NCBI RefSeq assembly: GCF_011386835.1
Contig: NC_088799.1
Location: forward strand, 2,852,001-2,916,000
Direction: 5' to 3'
Length of the DNA stretch: 64,000 nucleotides
From: Chrysemys picta bellii
Lineage: Eukaryota
Below, one piece after another: positions 36,051 to 48,867 of the stretch. The notes below the pieces were generated by a model. The model ran no database searches, was not told the origin of the DNA, and saw only the letters and a list, made by a program, of their open reading frames with translations. Both the position numbers and the translations under genes were made by a program. Each line of letters begins with the position of its first letter. Position 1 is the stretch's first letter.

Positions 36051-39000
36051 CTAGGTGATATTATCGCCCGTCCTCACAGATGGCCCCCAAACACCATCGG
36101 TATCCAATCCCAGCACTCCCCTTCCACAGGGGCCAGTCCCTGTCACCCCACTCTCAGACAGTCACCTGAGCCCTTCCCCCCAAGTGACATCGCTGAGACG
36201 CAGCAGCACAGGCTGTATGGGGCTCTTGGGGGGTGGCAAGTGTGGGGCAAGTCAGTGGTGTGGGTGGGTGTATTCCTGAACGGTATCAGGCTGAATCCTG
36301 GAGCACGGAATCCTTACGCCAGGTCAGGCAAGCAGCACTGAGAGGACCTAACAAATTCTCTGGGAGGTCAGTGAGATTATTCACGTGCCTCAGAGCGTCA
36401 TGGGATCAAGGCCTGGCGCAGCTGGAATAGAACACCAGAGTGGGGAGCCCTGGTTTGCCTTGTCCGACTCCTTTTCCCTGGCTGTGTTTGGCACACTCCA
36501 TGCCGCCAGACGGGCGGGGAATGGAATTCTCCTCTGCCATGCAGCCGGGGCTGCATTCGTTCTAAAAAGCAGAGTTCCCCAACCCGGTCTCCCGCTTCTC
36601 TTAATACCAGTCCTTTAAATCCCCGTGGGTTTGGAAAGCTGCCTGGCAGAGCGAATAAAGAATAACTGCTGTGAAGGGGCAAGGGTGCTTTCTCGCCGAG
36701 TCTGCCCAGGGAAACAAAATCTGCTTGGTCAGTGTTAACTTGCTAGCGTACACACAGTTAGATCGTCCCTCAAAAACACCCGTGGGACCACAGACTGTCC
36801 TAGTCAGCTAGGAAATGACAACACACACATCTGGCTGCACGGCTGTATGTGTCCCACCTCCGTCTTTCATGCACCGGGGCTGGATGACAGGATGCAGATG
36901 TACTAGAGAGAAATCCGCTGCACAATGAAGACAGACCGTCCTGGACACCCACCCCATTCCTCACTTGATACGAACCAAACTACAGGAATGGGGGTGTTTA
37001 AAACGTTCAGTGCTTAAGTCAGACGCACTTTTCAGGTCACCCAGCAAGAGCATGGGACGGAGCGAAGCACAGAAATCCCCACCACTCCATCAGACTCTGA
37101 ACTAGGTTTAATTGACACAAATCGCTCTCTGGGGTGGATGGCCTGTAAAGCAAACAATCTGCTAATGGCTAAGTGCCACCACGTGGCAGACTCCATGCAT
37201 TGCAGCCAGTGCAACAACTGCTACCTGTGAAGGATGGAGGATTATTCGTGTTATTTCCAGGGTTTATTTTCAATGTCATCAGAGGGGAATACCTGCCACC
37301 CCGGCGGATGGCAAAAGAATTTGAGCCAGTGCTGAGAGATATGCAGGCTGCTGCCAATCATTCCATTGTCAGCCAATGACAGCCAGGGTTTAAAAGGGTC
37401 ACAGCAAGTCTGGCCAGAGTTGGATGCTGATTTGTTCCCATTTCTTGCAACCGGGTCAGACAAATGCCTCCTGCCTCCAGGGTTTGGTTTTTGTGTAGGT
37501 GGGGTCTGGGGCCCGAACTGCAATGCACAGAACCTTAGCTGCCTCCATCCGGGAGCCCCGTTCTGCATGGGGGGGCTCCAGTCAGCACTTCCCACAGGCA
37601 TCCGAATGGCTAAGTGCCAGCTGGAAAGCCCAGCTGTGGAACTGCCCAGCCCTGAAAGTACACTGTTAATCATAAATTGCTCATAATAATAATGATTATT
37701 ATTAGGCAGGTCAGACAGCTACAACTTAAGACCACGTAGTCCGAAGAATAATGTGTCTGCAGTTTGTACGGCTACTCTCTGCTGTAAAAGCAAAACAAGG
37801 TATTTTATTCTTTTGTAACTAGGCTGGGCCCGAGGCCCTATTTACTGTCAAGGGCAGGCAGGCCAGTGCAGGCTAATAAATGCTAGGATGGTATTTCAGT
37901 CTGTCTGCATGCTGGGTGCTGTTGCACCGGGCGAAAGAGAGAAGCAGTCGTGTGGCAGTGGGGCCCGATCCGGCTCCACTAGGGCCTGGTTTTCAGAAAG
38001 GCAAGCAATACCTTGGCACGCCTCATTTGTATGTGCATTTACTCTGATTGTGCATGTAACTCAGGCAACTGTGTTTGCCAATAGATGTCATGGTTCCTCT
38101 CAGGGATCACGACCTGCCTGCACACGAGCTGCACCCTGAACACGTCTGACTCGGAAGCCCAGAGTTTCTGAAGAGAAAACTCATCTCCCCCCAGCAACTA
38201 CCCTGGACGCTGCTGGTTTGCTGGTGGCAAGAGGTGCACATCTCATCTGACGTTCCTCAGGTGCCCAACACATGTGACAGGATCCCACTTCATAAAGGAT
38301 CACTCGCTAAGCAACTGCACCTTTCTGCTGAGTGTCTTCCTGCCCCCTCCGAGATACCTAACGAGTCGCAATGGAGGGCAACGTTCTCTTTGCTGATTAG
38401 AGAATGCTCATTTACAGACGGGTGCACCATCAGTTTAGGCCTTTTGAATATGTCACGCCAACGGGCAATATAAATACAGATATGGGGTATATTTTTCCTT
38501 GTGTCACAAACAAATGGGAGTGAGCCAGCCTTGGCCAGTGGGCTGTGGGCATGTGGAGCGGTGGTGGTGGTTACTACTTCGCCTGGTTTCAGCTGGACAG
38601 ATGGAGCACGAGCAGTACATTCGGAATTTGCGCAGTGCGGGCTGCTGGTCTGGGGTGATGGTGTGTGATTTTATTGAACATGAATAAAACTTGGATCCCT
38701 ATTCTGTTACCTGGCATCAGATGACTCATTTTTCAATATTTTATTTACTGTTTATAATTAATATGATCACATTGACAAAACATGGGCTAGATCGGAACCT
38801 TAAATGGCATCTTACTAAAGCTCTCAAACCACTTCACGCCCAATGAAAGCCTTACCACAAACCTGTAAGGGACATAGGCAAGCGCTGTAGTTCCCGATAG
38901 GAAAAGTGAGACATGACAATTCACTCTGCTGGATTTATCTAATATGCTTCCGCCTGTGTCTGAGCGCTGGCAAGATACGCTCAGTGGACACACAAAATGA

Positions 39001-39191
39001 AGCAAAATCAGTCCCCTGCGTTTAGCCGCACCTGCTCACAATTCAGCATGACACAGCAAAAGATCAAATTCTACCCCCCACATCTTTATTACAGCTAGAC
39101 TTGACCTGATCTCAACCGGCTCCGTAAATCTTTTCTTTTCCTCATTTCCGTTGCTGAATCTGAGCTCATTTTAAAAAATCCACACACAGAG

Positions 39192-39590
39192 AGAGCTGGG
39201 CAAAATTTTTTGACCAAAACTTTGTTATTTTGCCAAAAAATGCAGATTTGGGACAACTGAAACCTTTCACAAATTTGTATAGAATTCACTGAATTGTTTC
39301 GGGGGGGCGGGAGGATCACCAAAATATCAAAATATTTCATTTAATCATTTTCAAAACAAAATATTTAAATTTTTCAGTTCAAAATGACTTTTCCTTTCAA
39401 AATGTACTTCCATTTTATTTAAAAAAAATTAAAATCTTTCAAAAAGCTCAAAAGCAAAATAACACATGTTGTTTGGGGTTCAACCCAAACAAAAAATTTT
39501 TTTTTTTTTTTTTTTACTTTTTGGTTCCCTGAAAAATTCAAAAAAAAAAATTATTTAGGGTCAACCAGAAACAATTTTCTTTCAGTATTG
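39192..39590. mobile_element. AT-rich non-autonomous repeat, same family as 1001-1202
   Basis: Starts agagctgggcaaaa; internal inverted repeat ttgtttggggttcaacc / gggtcaaccagaaacaa. Confidence 0.5.
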
Positions 39591-41629
39591 CCAACGAACC
39601 AAATAATCCAATATTCACATAGTGCTAGAGTCCTGATGATTTTACGCCCCTGCTGTGAAGAGAGCGAGGGCTTTCCACACACACTGGCCCTGATCCTGCA
39701 GTTGGGCCCATTACAACAAACTTCTCCATCTCATTGGGGCTCTGCACTGGTGCGGGGACCACCTGCATGGATCCATTTGCAGGACCAAGGCCGTTGTATG
39801 GTTCATTCAAGGAAGATCTTACTTACCTAAAAAACTGACTGTGTGACTTTATTCCCTCTTCTCTCCCCGCTCCTCCCTCCCCTAGGAAGTAAACCGGTTT
39901 TTCCTGAGCTCTTGCTACACTGTTATCAGCAACACAAAACAAACCAGAAGAAAACCCTAGAGAACATGAAAGTCATTTGCTATTGTTGCGATCTTGGGAA
40001 GAAACCTCATTTTCTTCGGGAAGTCTGAAGGCCTTTCTCAGCAAAGCTCTCGTCAGCGACTGCCTCTTCATGAGCTTCCAACTTCTAACCATAAAGAAGT
40101 ACAGCTACTGACTTCAGTGGAAAAGCCATGGGATCGGTAGATGCTGGTAGGTCTGAACTCTGGTAGCCTGTGTGCTGAACGTGAGATCCTGGGAAGGAAT
40201 GTACCAGTTGTGGAAGCCTCATAGAGCTCTGTTGGACTCAGCTTACTAAAGCAAAACCTTCTACCTAATGAACTGGCCCAGTGGGATTTTCAGCAGCACT
40301 GCGTTAAGCAAGGTTAGACTGTAGGAGGCAATTGGTATGTGTGTGTGCACAGAGCCTGGGGGTCAGGGCGAGGGCTTTTAAAATGTCTGACTCCAGCAGG
40401 TTCAATTTAATTCAATTCATGACACGAAAATTAAAACATTCAATGTCTTGGCAGATTAAATATTAGAAGGAAGAAACACCAGGGCTCTGGCATTAACATT
40501 GGGTTTAAGTCTAGCACATTCGTTTTCCAAACCTTAAAGCCCTTGTGACTCTGGAATGTTATTCACTGTTATTGGATATTACTAATATAGCACCCACAGT
40601 GCACCAGACGCTTACAGGCGGGTATGAAGACCCGGTCCCTGGCCTGAAGAGCTTATTCTCTGAGCAGACATTGTGCCAATGGAGGCTAGGAGAAGGGATT
40701 AACTGAGCCAAATCTTCTTGGACTCTATTTCTTACTTGGACATAATGGGTGAGATGTTACCCTGCAATCTCCTGGGGCCAAGGGAGGGAGGTTTGTGGCT
40801 GCACTGCAGCTGGAGCGCCTGGGAGGATGTCCGCCACGTGAGCCAGAATTGTAGGGCGCATACGTTAGAGCCGTCCTCTCCCACCCGAGAGGTGCAGTGG
40901 CTAGATAGCAGTGTGGGCTGCCACAAAAGGGTGGCGCTCCTGGCCCTGCTCTCCTGTCTGCTGCCCCCTTCTGGGCAGCTAGTGCTACAGGGGATGCGGG
41001 GGGAGCGGGGACTGAGCTCTTGCAGGATTCTGACCCACCCAGGCCATAGGGATGAGCAGGCACGCCCCTCCTGTGTCCTCTATCCCTTCGCATATCCATA
41101 CAGCGGCTGGCCAGAATCTGGCCCCATATTTGCCACGTTTGATCAGTACCGAGTGAATTCAAAGCAGCTCCCTCCTCTAACCCTAAAGAGGCAGACGCCC
41201 AGAGTAATCAGCGGCTAATGCTTCCCATGCTGTGTGCCATGCAGAGGTTTACCATGTTCTGGGAGATGGTTTCCAAAAGAAAGGAAGGGACTTTAGAGAG
41301 CAAACAAGCTGCCCAAACTGCAGGCTAACGACACCCATGTTAAAGGCAGAACTCGATGGCTCCGGATTTAGCTGCCTTCGCATGAGCTGAGAAGTGCAGT
41401 GAAGGGGAAAAAGGGAGATTAACATCTTGAAATCTGATATTGTCCCTAGGCATTAGTTGCACAAAGGTTCCTGGGGAGCGCGGCAATCAGAGCCCCACAT
41501 ACATGGGGACAGTAGTTCTCCTTTAACCCCGACTGCCTCGAACAACCAGGGAGACAACAGAGAAGGGGCAAAAGACTGTGTCAGCCAGTGACTGTGAATA
41601 TACTGCAGAAGAAGGGGCATCGGAAGGGA

Positions 41630-41810
41630 GCTTGGTCCTGTGAAAAAGACACCAGTGCAGGAATCAGGACACCTGCGTTCTGTTCTCTGAACTCCCCTTT
41701 GCATCATTGGGTAAGTCATTTTAATCGCTCTGTGCCTCGGTTTCCCCATGTGAAAAATGGGGATAATAATACTTGTCCACCCTTCTGCAACACTGTAAAA
41801 AGTATCTAGT
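41630..41810 (+). mobile_element. MIR/CORE-SINE
   Basis: gggtaagtcattttaatcgctctgtgcctcggtttccccatgtgaaaaatggggataat; reverse-strand MIR also at ~42600-42770. Confidence 0.75.
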
Positions 41811-43062
41811 TATTTTTTTACAAACCTAAATATCTCAGCTCAGTGGGCTTATAAATTTACAAATCACCTTGCTCACCACTCATGTGCAGCCACCTCTGAG
41901 GTGGAATATGGCAGCTGTAACAGCAACACTCCACAACAGGCTGTGGAGAGGGGGGAAGCTGAGATGTGCCCTATCCAGCAGGACACAACACAGTGTTCTC
42001 CCGCACTGCACGCAATCCACTCTGCTGAAAACAAACATTGGCTCAGCCTATTCCCACTAGATCAATTAACCCAAGGAGCTCTTCTGAGGGTGAAGCCTGC
42101 ACTCCCAGGGCTTGGCTGCTTCTGCAGCACCATCCGCCGCTCTTCTGGGGCCCACAGAAAATGCCTGGTAGAGATAAATTCAGCTCAGAGTCTTCTGCCA
42201 AGGGCCCTGTGGCAAACAGCTGACAAACAACAGCAGACGCAGGGAGCAGCTTTACCTTTGTGAATACCGAAGCGAGACAGCCCCATTAAACTCAAAGGAC
42301 TATTGTCCCTTGTGTATTTCCGCTTGGAATAAAACGATGTTATTGGGGACAATTAATCTTCAAGATCAATTTACTGTCATGAGGCTAAATTTCAGTTGTG
42401 TCAGAAATGATGGTGCTGCGCTGTGAAGTGTTGTCTGACTAGCTGACCTCTGAATATGCCGCTCCTGCTGTGTTTTATAGTCATCGTTTTTGCTTCTAAC
42501 CGTGTGTCTTTTTATGTCTCGTGTACCAATGGATCCGGCGCACTTACTGTGTCACACCCAAAATGCCCTTAATCAAGCCAAAACCTCACTGAAGTCATTT
42601 GACAGGACAAGTATCATTGTCCCCAATTTGTTGCTTGGAAGCGGAGGCAGGTGCACTAAGTGACTTGACAAGGATCACCCAGGAAGTCTGTGGCACAGCT
42701 GGGAGTTGAACCTGGTGCTTCTGAAGCCCTGGCCTGGGCATTGAACCACTGGACCATCCTGCCACTCACCCCCTAAGGGGGAGAAATTCTTGACTTCTCA
42801 GCAACACAAAGGCGCTGCTGGAGCTATTTCCAGCAAGCTAAAGGAATCTCCTGAACTGGACAGCTGTAAAGTCCCCATCGGCAATTTATCTTCCAGTCAA
42901 CCCAACTGATTTCCACATAATCCAGTGAAACTAGGTTACTAAATTCCTCTTTGCATGGAATGGATTTTCCTTACTGCCTGGCACACTATAGACACCCAGG
43001 GATATAGTAAAAAGAAGAACAGGAGGACTTGTGGCACCTTAGAGACTAACAAATATATTAGA

Positions 43063-43102
43063 GCATAAGCTTTCGTGGACTACAGCCCACTTCTTCGGAT
43101 GC
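43063..43102 (-). ncRNA. Minimal type-I hammerhead ribozyme motif
   Basis: GCAU-CCGAAGA-A-GUGGG(CUGUAG)UCCAC-GAAA-GC-UU^AUGC; same stems as 16044-16083 with a different stem II loop. Confidence 0.75.
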
Positions 43103-43299
43103 ATATAGAATGGAACATATATTGAGGAGATATATATACACACATACAGAGAGCATAAACAGGTGGGAGTTGTCTTACCACCTCTGAGAGGCCAATTAAT
43201 TAAGAGAAAAAAAAAACTTTTGAAGTGATAATCAAGCTAGCCCAGTACAGACAGACAGTTAGATAACAAGTGTGAGAATACTTACAAGGGGAGATAGAT

Positions 43300-44057
43300 T
43301 CAATGTTTGTAATGGCTCAGCCATTCCCAGTCCTTATTCAAACCGGAGTTGATTGTGTCTAGTTTGCATATCAATTCTAGCTCAGCAGTTTCTCGTTGGA
43401 GTCTGTTTTTGAAGTTTTTCTGTTGTAATATAGCCACCCGCAGGTCTGTCACTGAATGACCAGACAGGTTAAAGTGTTCTCCCACTGGTTTTTGAGTATT
43501 TTGATTCCTGATGTCAGATTTGTGTCCATTAATTCTTTTGCGTAGAGACTGTCCGGTTTGGCCAATGTACATGGCAGAGGGGCATTGCTGGCACATGATG
43601 GCATATATCACATTGGTAGATGTGCAGGTGAACGAGCCCCTGATGGTATGGCTGACGTGATTAGGTCCTATGATGATGTCACTGGAATAGATATGTGGAC
43701 AGAGTTGACATCGGGGTTTGTTACAAGGATAGGTTCCTGGGTTAGTGGTTTTGTTCAGTGATGTGTGGTTGCTGGTGAGTATTTGCTTTAGGTTGGGGGG
43801 TTGTCTGTAAGCGAGGACAGGTCTGTCTCCCAAGATCTGTGAGAGTAAAGGATCATCTTTCAGGATAGGTTGTAGATCTCTGATGATGCGCTGGAGAGGT
43901 TTTAGTTGGGGGCTGAAGGTGACAGCTAGTGGTGTTCTGTTATTTTCTTTGTTGGGCCTGTCTTGTAGGAGGTGACTTCTGGGTACTCGTCTGGCTCTGT
44001 CAATCTGTTTTTTCACTTCAGCAGGTGGGTATTGTAGTTTTAAGAATGCTTGATAGA
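43300..44057 (-). pseudogene. Penelope ORF C-terminal part: RT thumb/linker, Cys-His motif, GIY-YIG endonuclease (no start codon)
   Basis: CNKPRCQLCPH linker; NVIYAIMCQQCPSAMYIGQTGQSLRKRINGH (VIY...YIG, R, H); QRETAELELI..GLN; no stops over about 250 codons. Confidence 0.93.
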
Positions 44058-44626
44058 GATATAGTAGATGCTGAGATCTTTTATAAGTAAGGGGATAAGT
44101 CAGTAAGCCAGCAGCTACTGATCTCAATTACCCAGTGCAACTCCAGAGTAACTCTAATGGCTCCCCTGGAGTTCTTCTGGATTAACAGTCTGGCCCCAAA
44201 CTCCTCATTTAAACAGGCAATCGCTGCGTGTGTTATGATCCAACCAGCGGCTTTCACTAAGGGAGGTACTTTGTATGTTAAAACACCATTGCAGTCATTG
44301 CTTTGAGAAGCAAATCCTCAGAATACCGGGGTTTCCCCCGTACTCCAAATATCTCCAAGAACAGTCCATTTCTTTTTGTCCCGCTGGAATGAATTCTGAG
44401 CTGAATCGTGGTGTTGCAGCTTCAGGAAAAAGCTCTTACAAAAAAATTATATTTTTTGTGGATGTTCCTTTTTTCTTCCTTTTACCAAAAGTGAAGAATA
44501 AACTTTTCCTGCAACTGAATAACTTATCTCTAATGACAATGGCCGTAGCTACAGCCTCAGAAGAACGTGGGTGGCAAGGGGGGCAAAACCAAAGGACCCA
44601 TGAAGTTCTCTCTCATTTAGTCACAC

Positions 44627-44768
44627 GGGGTGAAATTCCTATGCAGCAGGCTAGACTAATAATGTCTGTGTACCACTGAGTCTCCCTTACGTCCTCGAAG
44701 TAGGACTTACGTGGGACTTAGGCAGTGCACAGGCCTTGTACTGACCTGCACACAGGTGAATTTCATCC
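44627..44768. mobile_element. Small palindromic MITE
   Basis: TIRs ggggtgaaattc / gaatttcatcc; similar short TIR elements at ~6540-6710, ~25165-25230, ~35575-35670, 39686-39792. Confidence 0.6.
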
Positions 44769-44897
44769 ACTATGAAAGAGTGTAGGGTCTGCTGGAAAAA
44801 AAAATCTGAAAGATTATAAAACATGTTTGAAAATCAGGGTATTAATGTCTGATATGCCCACTCTAGTTTTGTGGTTTTGCAACGTTTTTGTCTTTAT

Positions 44898-44912
44898 GTC
44901 GCCACCCAGTGG
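44898..44912 (-). promoter_or_regulatory. Candidate CTCF site
   Basis: CCACTGGGTGGCGAC (one mismatch to core) with upstream tgtagttac module-like sequence. Confidence 0.35.
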
Positions 44913-45874
44913 TTGTCCTGTGTAACTACACATACTATAGAGTAGCAAACAAGTAAAGTTCGTTGACTAAAGCACTCTGGTACAGCAGCACAGTGTAGAC
45001 TGGTGTCAAATTTCTTTTATTAGGTATGTCACCAAATGGATGCCAATGGTTTTAAGCTCTTTAGAGCTTCAACCACAAGAGCAGCCCTTTACCCTATCCT
45101 GGTATATTTTAAAGACGTGATGCATATTTTACACGGTCAAATGGAAATGAAGCAGATCTCGCGTGGGCTGGGAAGGTGTATTGTGCATTGTGTTTAGTTC
45201 CCTGCACGGAGATGAAAATGTGACCCCAGTTATGTTCTCATGCACCTCAGGTTACACATAAGAAATACACATAGTAATTTGATGCAAAACCAATTCTGTT
45301 ACAAGGAAATCCCTTTAGCCACATATGTTTGGGCTGCTATAAGCCACAGTGTGGTCCATGAAAAATTAAGGATAACACAGACCACAAATGTGTCATGTGC
45401 TGAGAGACCCATTGGGTTGATGCATGTTTTATGTGCATTTAGGGCATAATTCAATGCTCATTCATTTTAGATCACTGCCTCGGTGAAGTAACGGCACTGG
45501 ACATAAATATTTCATTGACACACTCCGCTGACCTTCTAAGTAGCAGGCTGCCTTCAGTAATACGATGCCGACATAATCCATACCAGGTAAATACACGTGC
45601 AAGAGGGAGAACTGGAAGTTGTGGGCTCACCAGCTCCACAGTTCACAAAGAGCAGGGTCATTCTGAACCGTCACAGCAGCCTGCCCCACTACCCGCAGTG
45701 CATAGACAGGAGCAGAGCCCACCAGCCCCTCAGCTCTGGAACAGTTGCTTTCACGTGCCTGGGTCTTGCCAGCCGTTAGGCAGAGAAACACGCAGCTCCC
45801 GTAGAAGTTCAGAAACACGTGTCCTCTCTGATCTCTGACCATCACAGGAACCCAGCTGTCTCTTGTCTTAGAGG

Positions 45875-46005
45875 GTTAAAAATTTGGGGCCATGAGCATT
45901 TTTCTGTCCTGTGTTTGTACAGCGCCTAGCACAATGGGGCCCTGAGCCAGGACTGGGGTGGCCAGGCACGACTGCAATGCCAGTAAACAATAAATAGCAA
46001 GAATG
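45875..46005 (+). mobile_element. L2 3' tail
   Basis: gtgtttgtacagcgcctagcacaatggggccctga...aataaata. Confidence 0.75.
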
Positions 46006-46739
46006 CTGCATTCTGTCTTTAGAAGAGTGAGAATCGTTCCCAGCGGGCAGTTTAGCAGAAAGCTCGTTTTAGACACTGCTGCCCATGTCTCATCGATCTA
46101 CAGCAGCAGGTTGTAGCTTTGCCATGGGACGGAGCCCGGGGAGGGGTCAGAGGTAGACTGTAGCTCACCCAGAGTGTTTGAGATGGTGATCTGCAATGCA
46201 CAGCCACTGGAGGGCAGGGAGGGATCTCTGGAATCGTCTTTACTTCAGTCTGGATTAAGGGGAAAGGGTGGAACTTAGTCTCAAAGCAACCACCGGCTGA
46301 TCCCAGCAGAGGACAATATGTTGGGTCTGCCCTCCAACCAGTGTAAACTGAAACCAAATCGCTGGATACTGGGGAAAAGAAATGTGGCCCTTTGATAACA
46401 AGGCGGGGATGATTCTGAAATCCCCAGGGCCCCATTCTCCCAGTGTGGGAAGGAAACCCCATCTGGAGGGGGCAGCCAACCCGCTTCAGGCTTGTAGGAG
46501 CTGTGGGACCCTCCAGAGCGGATATCGGGCAAGGTGAGATGCAAGATCCTATCACTGCCTGTTCCAACCAGGCAGTCTCCTCCCCAGGATCACATGTGGA
46601 GGGGAGACCGGATCCCCGGGTTTCACACAGGCAAACTCCCAGCCATGTTTTGCCTGTGTAACACAGAGAGAAGCTGAATAAGGCTTTGGAGCAATAACAA
46701 TACATAGCAAACAAAACCCCGGGTCACTGGCCGCCTCAG

Positions 46740-46876
46740 TGGAGAAGCCAAGAGTTGAGTGGACATGGGGACTGAATTCCCTTCCCATCCCTCCAGGTCA
46801 GGAGTGAGGCATGCTCGGGTCGGGGTAGGGGGGAGGTTGCACTATCCCCGCTCATGCTGTACCTGCTCTGTGGATC
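46740..46876 (+). mobile_element. LF-SINE 3' fragment
   Basis: gactgaattccc..ccctccaggtcagg..gaggca..ttgcact..atgctgtacctgctctgtggat resembles recalled LF-SINE consensus. Confidence 0.6.
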
Positions 46877-47649
46877 GACAGAGGACTTCACTCCCCAGGG
46901 TGATCAGTCAGCACCTTTCCCAGCTGCTTAATTATCATGGTGGTAATTGGTTAAAGTGCATGTGCCACGCTGCCCTCTCCTGGGTGGAATGAGAACTGCT
47001 CAACCGTGCCCTGATAAGCCCTATGCTGCTAACAGCAGTTCTCCATCAGCTCATACGGTAGCGGCGTGTGCATTTGGAGCAGGAGTGGCCGCTGTCTCTG
47101 GGAGGTTCCAAACGGCCACGGCATGCAGCACGTTCCCAGCCACACAGGACAGCAGTGCACTGCAGGAATCCATCAGGAGCCCTTAATTGCAACACTTACG
47201 GCATTATTGTAACAGCACTTTGTATTCTCAACACACTGTTCCTTTTGCAGGCGTAGCGTGTTTGCTGCACAGCACCCAAAATGTCTGGTGATGAAACAGC
47301 AGTGATGAGCCGAGATACAGACCCTGCCTCGTGGTGTGAGAGACGCGACATGATTCTCTCTCTGGGGTCTGAGATTGTGCATCCACCTCACCTGAAACTG
47401 TGCCTGGAATGACATCAACCAATTTCAGTCACTGTTTCTGGTGGAGTGGGTAGTCCACTGCGTCACCTACGACTTGCTGTGCCTGACGGCTCTCGTAACA
47501 CATCCAAAGTGCACCCCCGCTCAGGAAACCTGCTTTCTTACCGGATTACGAAGGACCAAGCCAATCATTAGAGAGTGAGCCAAACTATGCTGGTTTGAGA
47601 TACTGCGTGCTGCACTCCCCCAATTGCATAGTAAGTACTGGAGGCAGCC

Positions 47650-47835
47650 CATTGGAATCTGGCCCAGGTCAGAGGAATCTAAACACTATCATCTGATGAC
47701 TGGTTGGTGGTCCCTATGCAATACGTCTGGTGGACTCTGCCCATTTCCGGGTGGGTAAATATCCACACAACAAAACCCACCCTCACAACTGTCAGTGTCA
47801 GTTGTGAGGCCAAGAACCTAATGGTCACGGTAGCC
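47650..47835 (+). mobile_element. LF-SINE middle fragment
   Basis: catctgatgactggttggtggtccctatgcaat..tggtgga..atccacacaacaaaacccacc..gaggccaag. Confidence 0.55.
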
Positions 47836-48625
47836 AAGAGGTCGTTCTAAGTGAGGGTAGAGGCATATTGGCAGAAAGTGTTGTGGAGGAAGCTTCTATT
47901 GCTACACCTGTTCCATGGTTAGAGGGCTTGAGTCTCCAGCACTATCCGGAGACTAAAGCAAATTGCCATGTCCCTTTCCAGCTGATTTTCCCTGTTCTCT
48001 GCAGATTGCGAGCTCAGCAAGGGGACTCGTTCCAGGACGGCTGAGCGAGGCTGCAGGACTGGCAGGTCGAGAGCAGGGACTGGACCCTAACTCTGCGCTC
48101 AGGAATAACTCAGAAAAGTCAATGGAGGGGCCTGGGTGTGAAGCTGGTGCCGGGGGAAACCAGGCCCATCAGGCCTGTAACTTGCTGGAAAGGTGGAAGG
48201 CAGAGAAAGAAGAAGTATGTGTAATGAGGCAGCAGCTTGATTGTCCACTGACTGCACTGGATACCCAGAGAAAGTTGCGACTATGTGAGAACTCGCAATT
48301 ACTTTGTAAATAACAATGCAAAGTGAAAGACACGGGGAGAGCCAGCCCCATGGTTTTGGCTCAGCGTCCAACCTTGCAGCTGCCCCAGGTAAATCTCAGG
48401 TAAATCTCTCATGGACTAGTGTTTTCCCCAGGTCTAAGCGGAGTCAACACCGGGCCTGTCGTCCAAGGTGCTGTGTGCCAGTCACTCTCCCACCGTTCGG
48501 CAGCTGTTCATTTCCCTGACGTCTGTAGGTCCATCAACGGCATCTGAGAGTTCTGAATACGAAGCAAGGGGCAGGAACAGGTGCTACTCTGGGTAGCCCA
48601 TTCTTGATAGGCCTTCAGGCATCAA

Positions 48626-48757
48626 GGGGGGGATAGCTCAGTGGTTTGAGCACTGGCCTGCTAAACCCAGGGTTGTGAATTCAATCCTTGAGGAGACCAT
48701 TTAGGGATCTGGGGATTGGTCCTGCTTTGAGATCCCTTCTAACCCTGAGATTCTATG
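48626..48757 (+). mobile_element. Tortoise Pol III/SINE with internal deletion in tail
   Basis: ggggggatagctcagtggtttgagc A box, gaattcaatcc B box; tail jumps from cctgctttgag to atcccttctaaccctgagattctatg. Confidence 0.9.
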
Positions 48758-48867
48758 GTAATGAACATGTTGCATAATAATCATGGATTCTCCACAGTCT
48801 TGCACCTTCTGTAGCCAGAGGGGTGTGCAGCATGGCTGTGAACTCCTCCCACTCCCATTCAGTGTCA

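Larger units (their letters stand above)
43010..44057 (-). mobile_element. Young 5'-truncated Penelope-like element
   Basis: 9-bp TSD gatatagta (43001-43009, 44058-44066); uninterrupted ORF, 3'UTR and hammerhead-bearing terminus. Confidence 0.95.

Noticed and set aside
44058-44127. N-terminal extension of the 275-aa Penelope ORF
   Set aside because: Lies outside the TSD in flanking DNA and starts at TTG; fortuitous in-frame fusion
47300-47372. C/D box snoRNA-like motifs (gTGATGA...CTGA)
   Set aside because: No terminal stem, no clear D'/C' boxes, no host intron established
48626-48700. tRNA-Lys-like sequence
   Set aside because: Head of a Pol III/SINE joined to a CR1 tail, not a tRNA gene; same for 13750-13822 and 25640-25710
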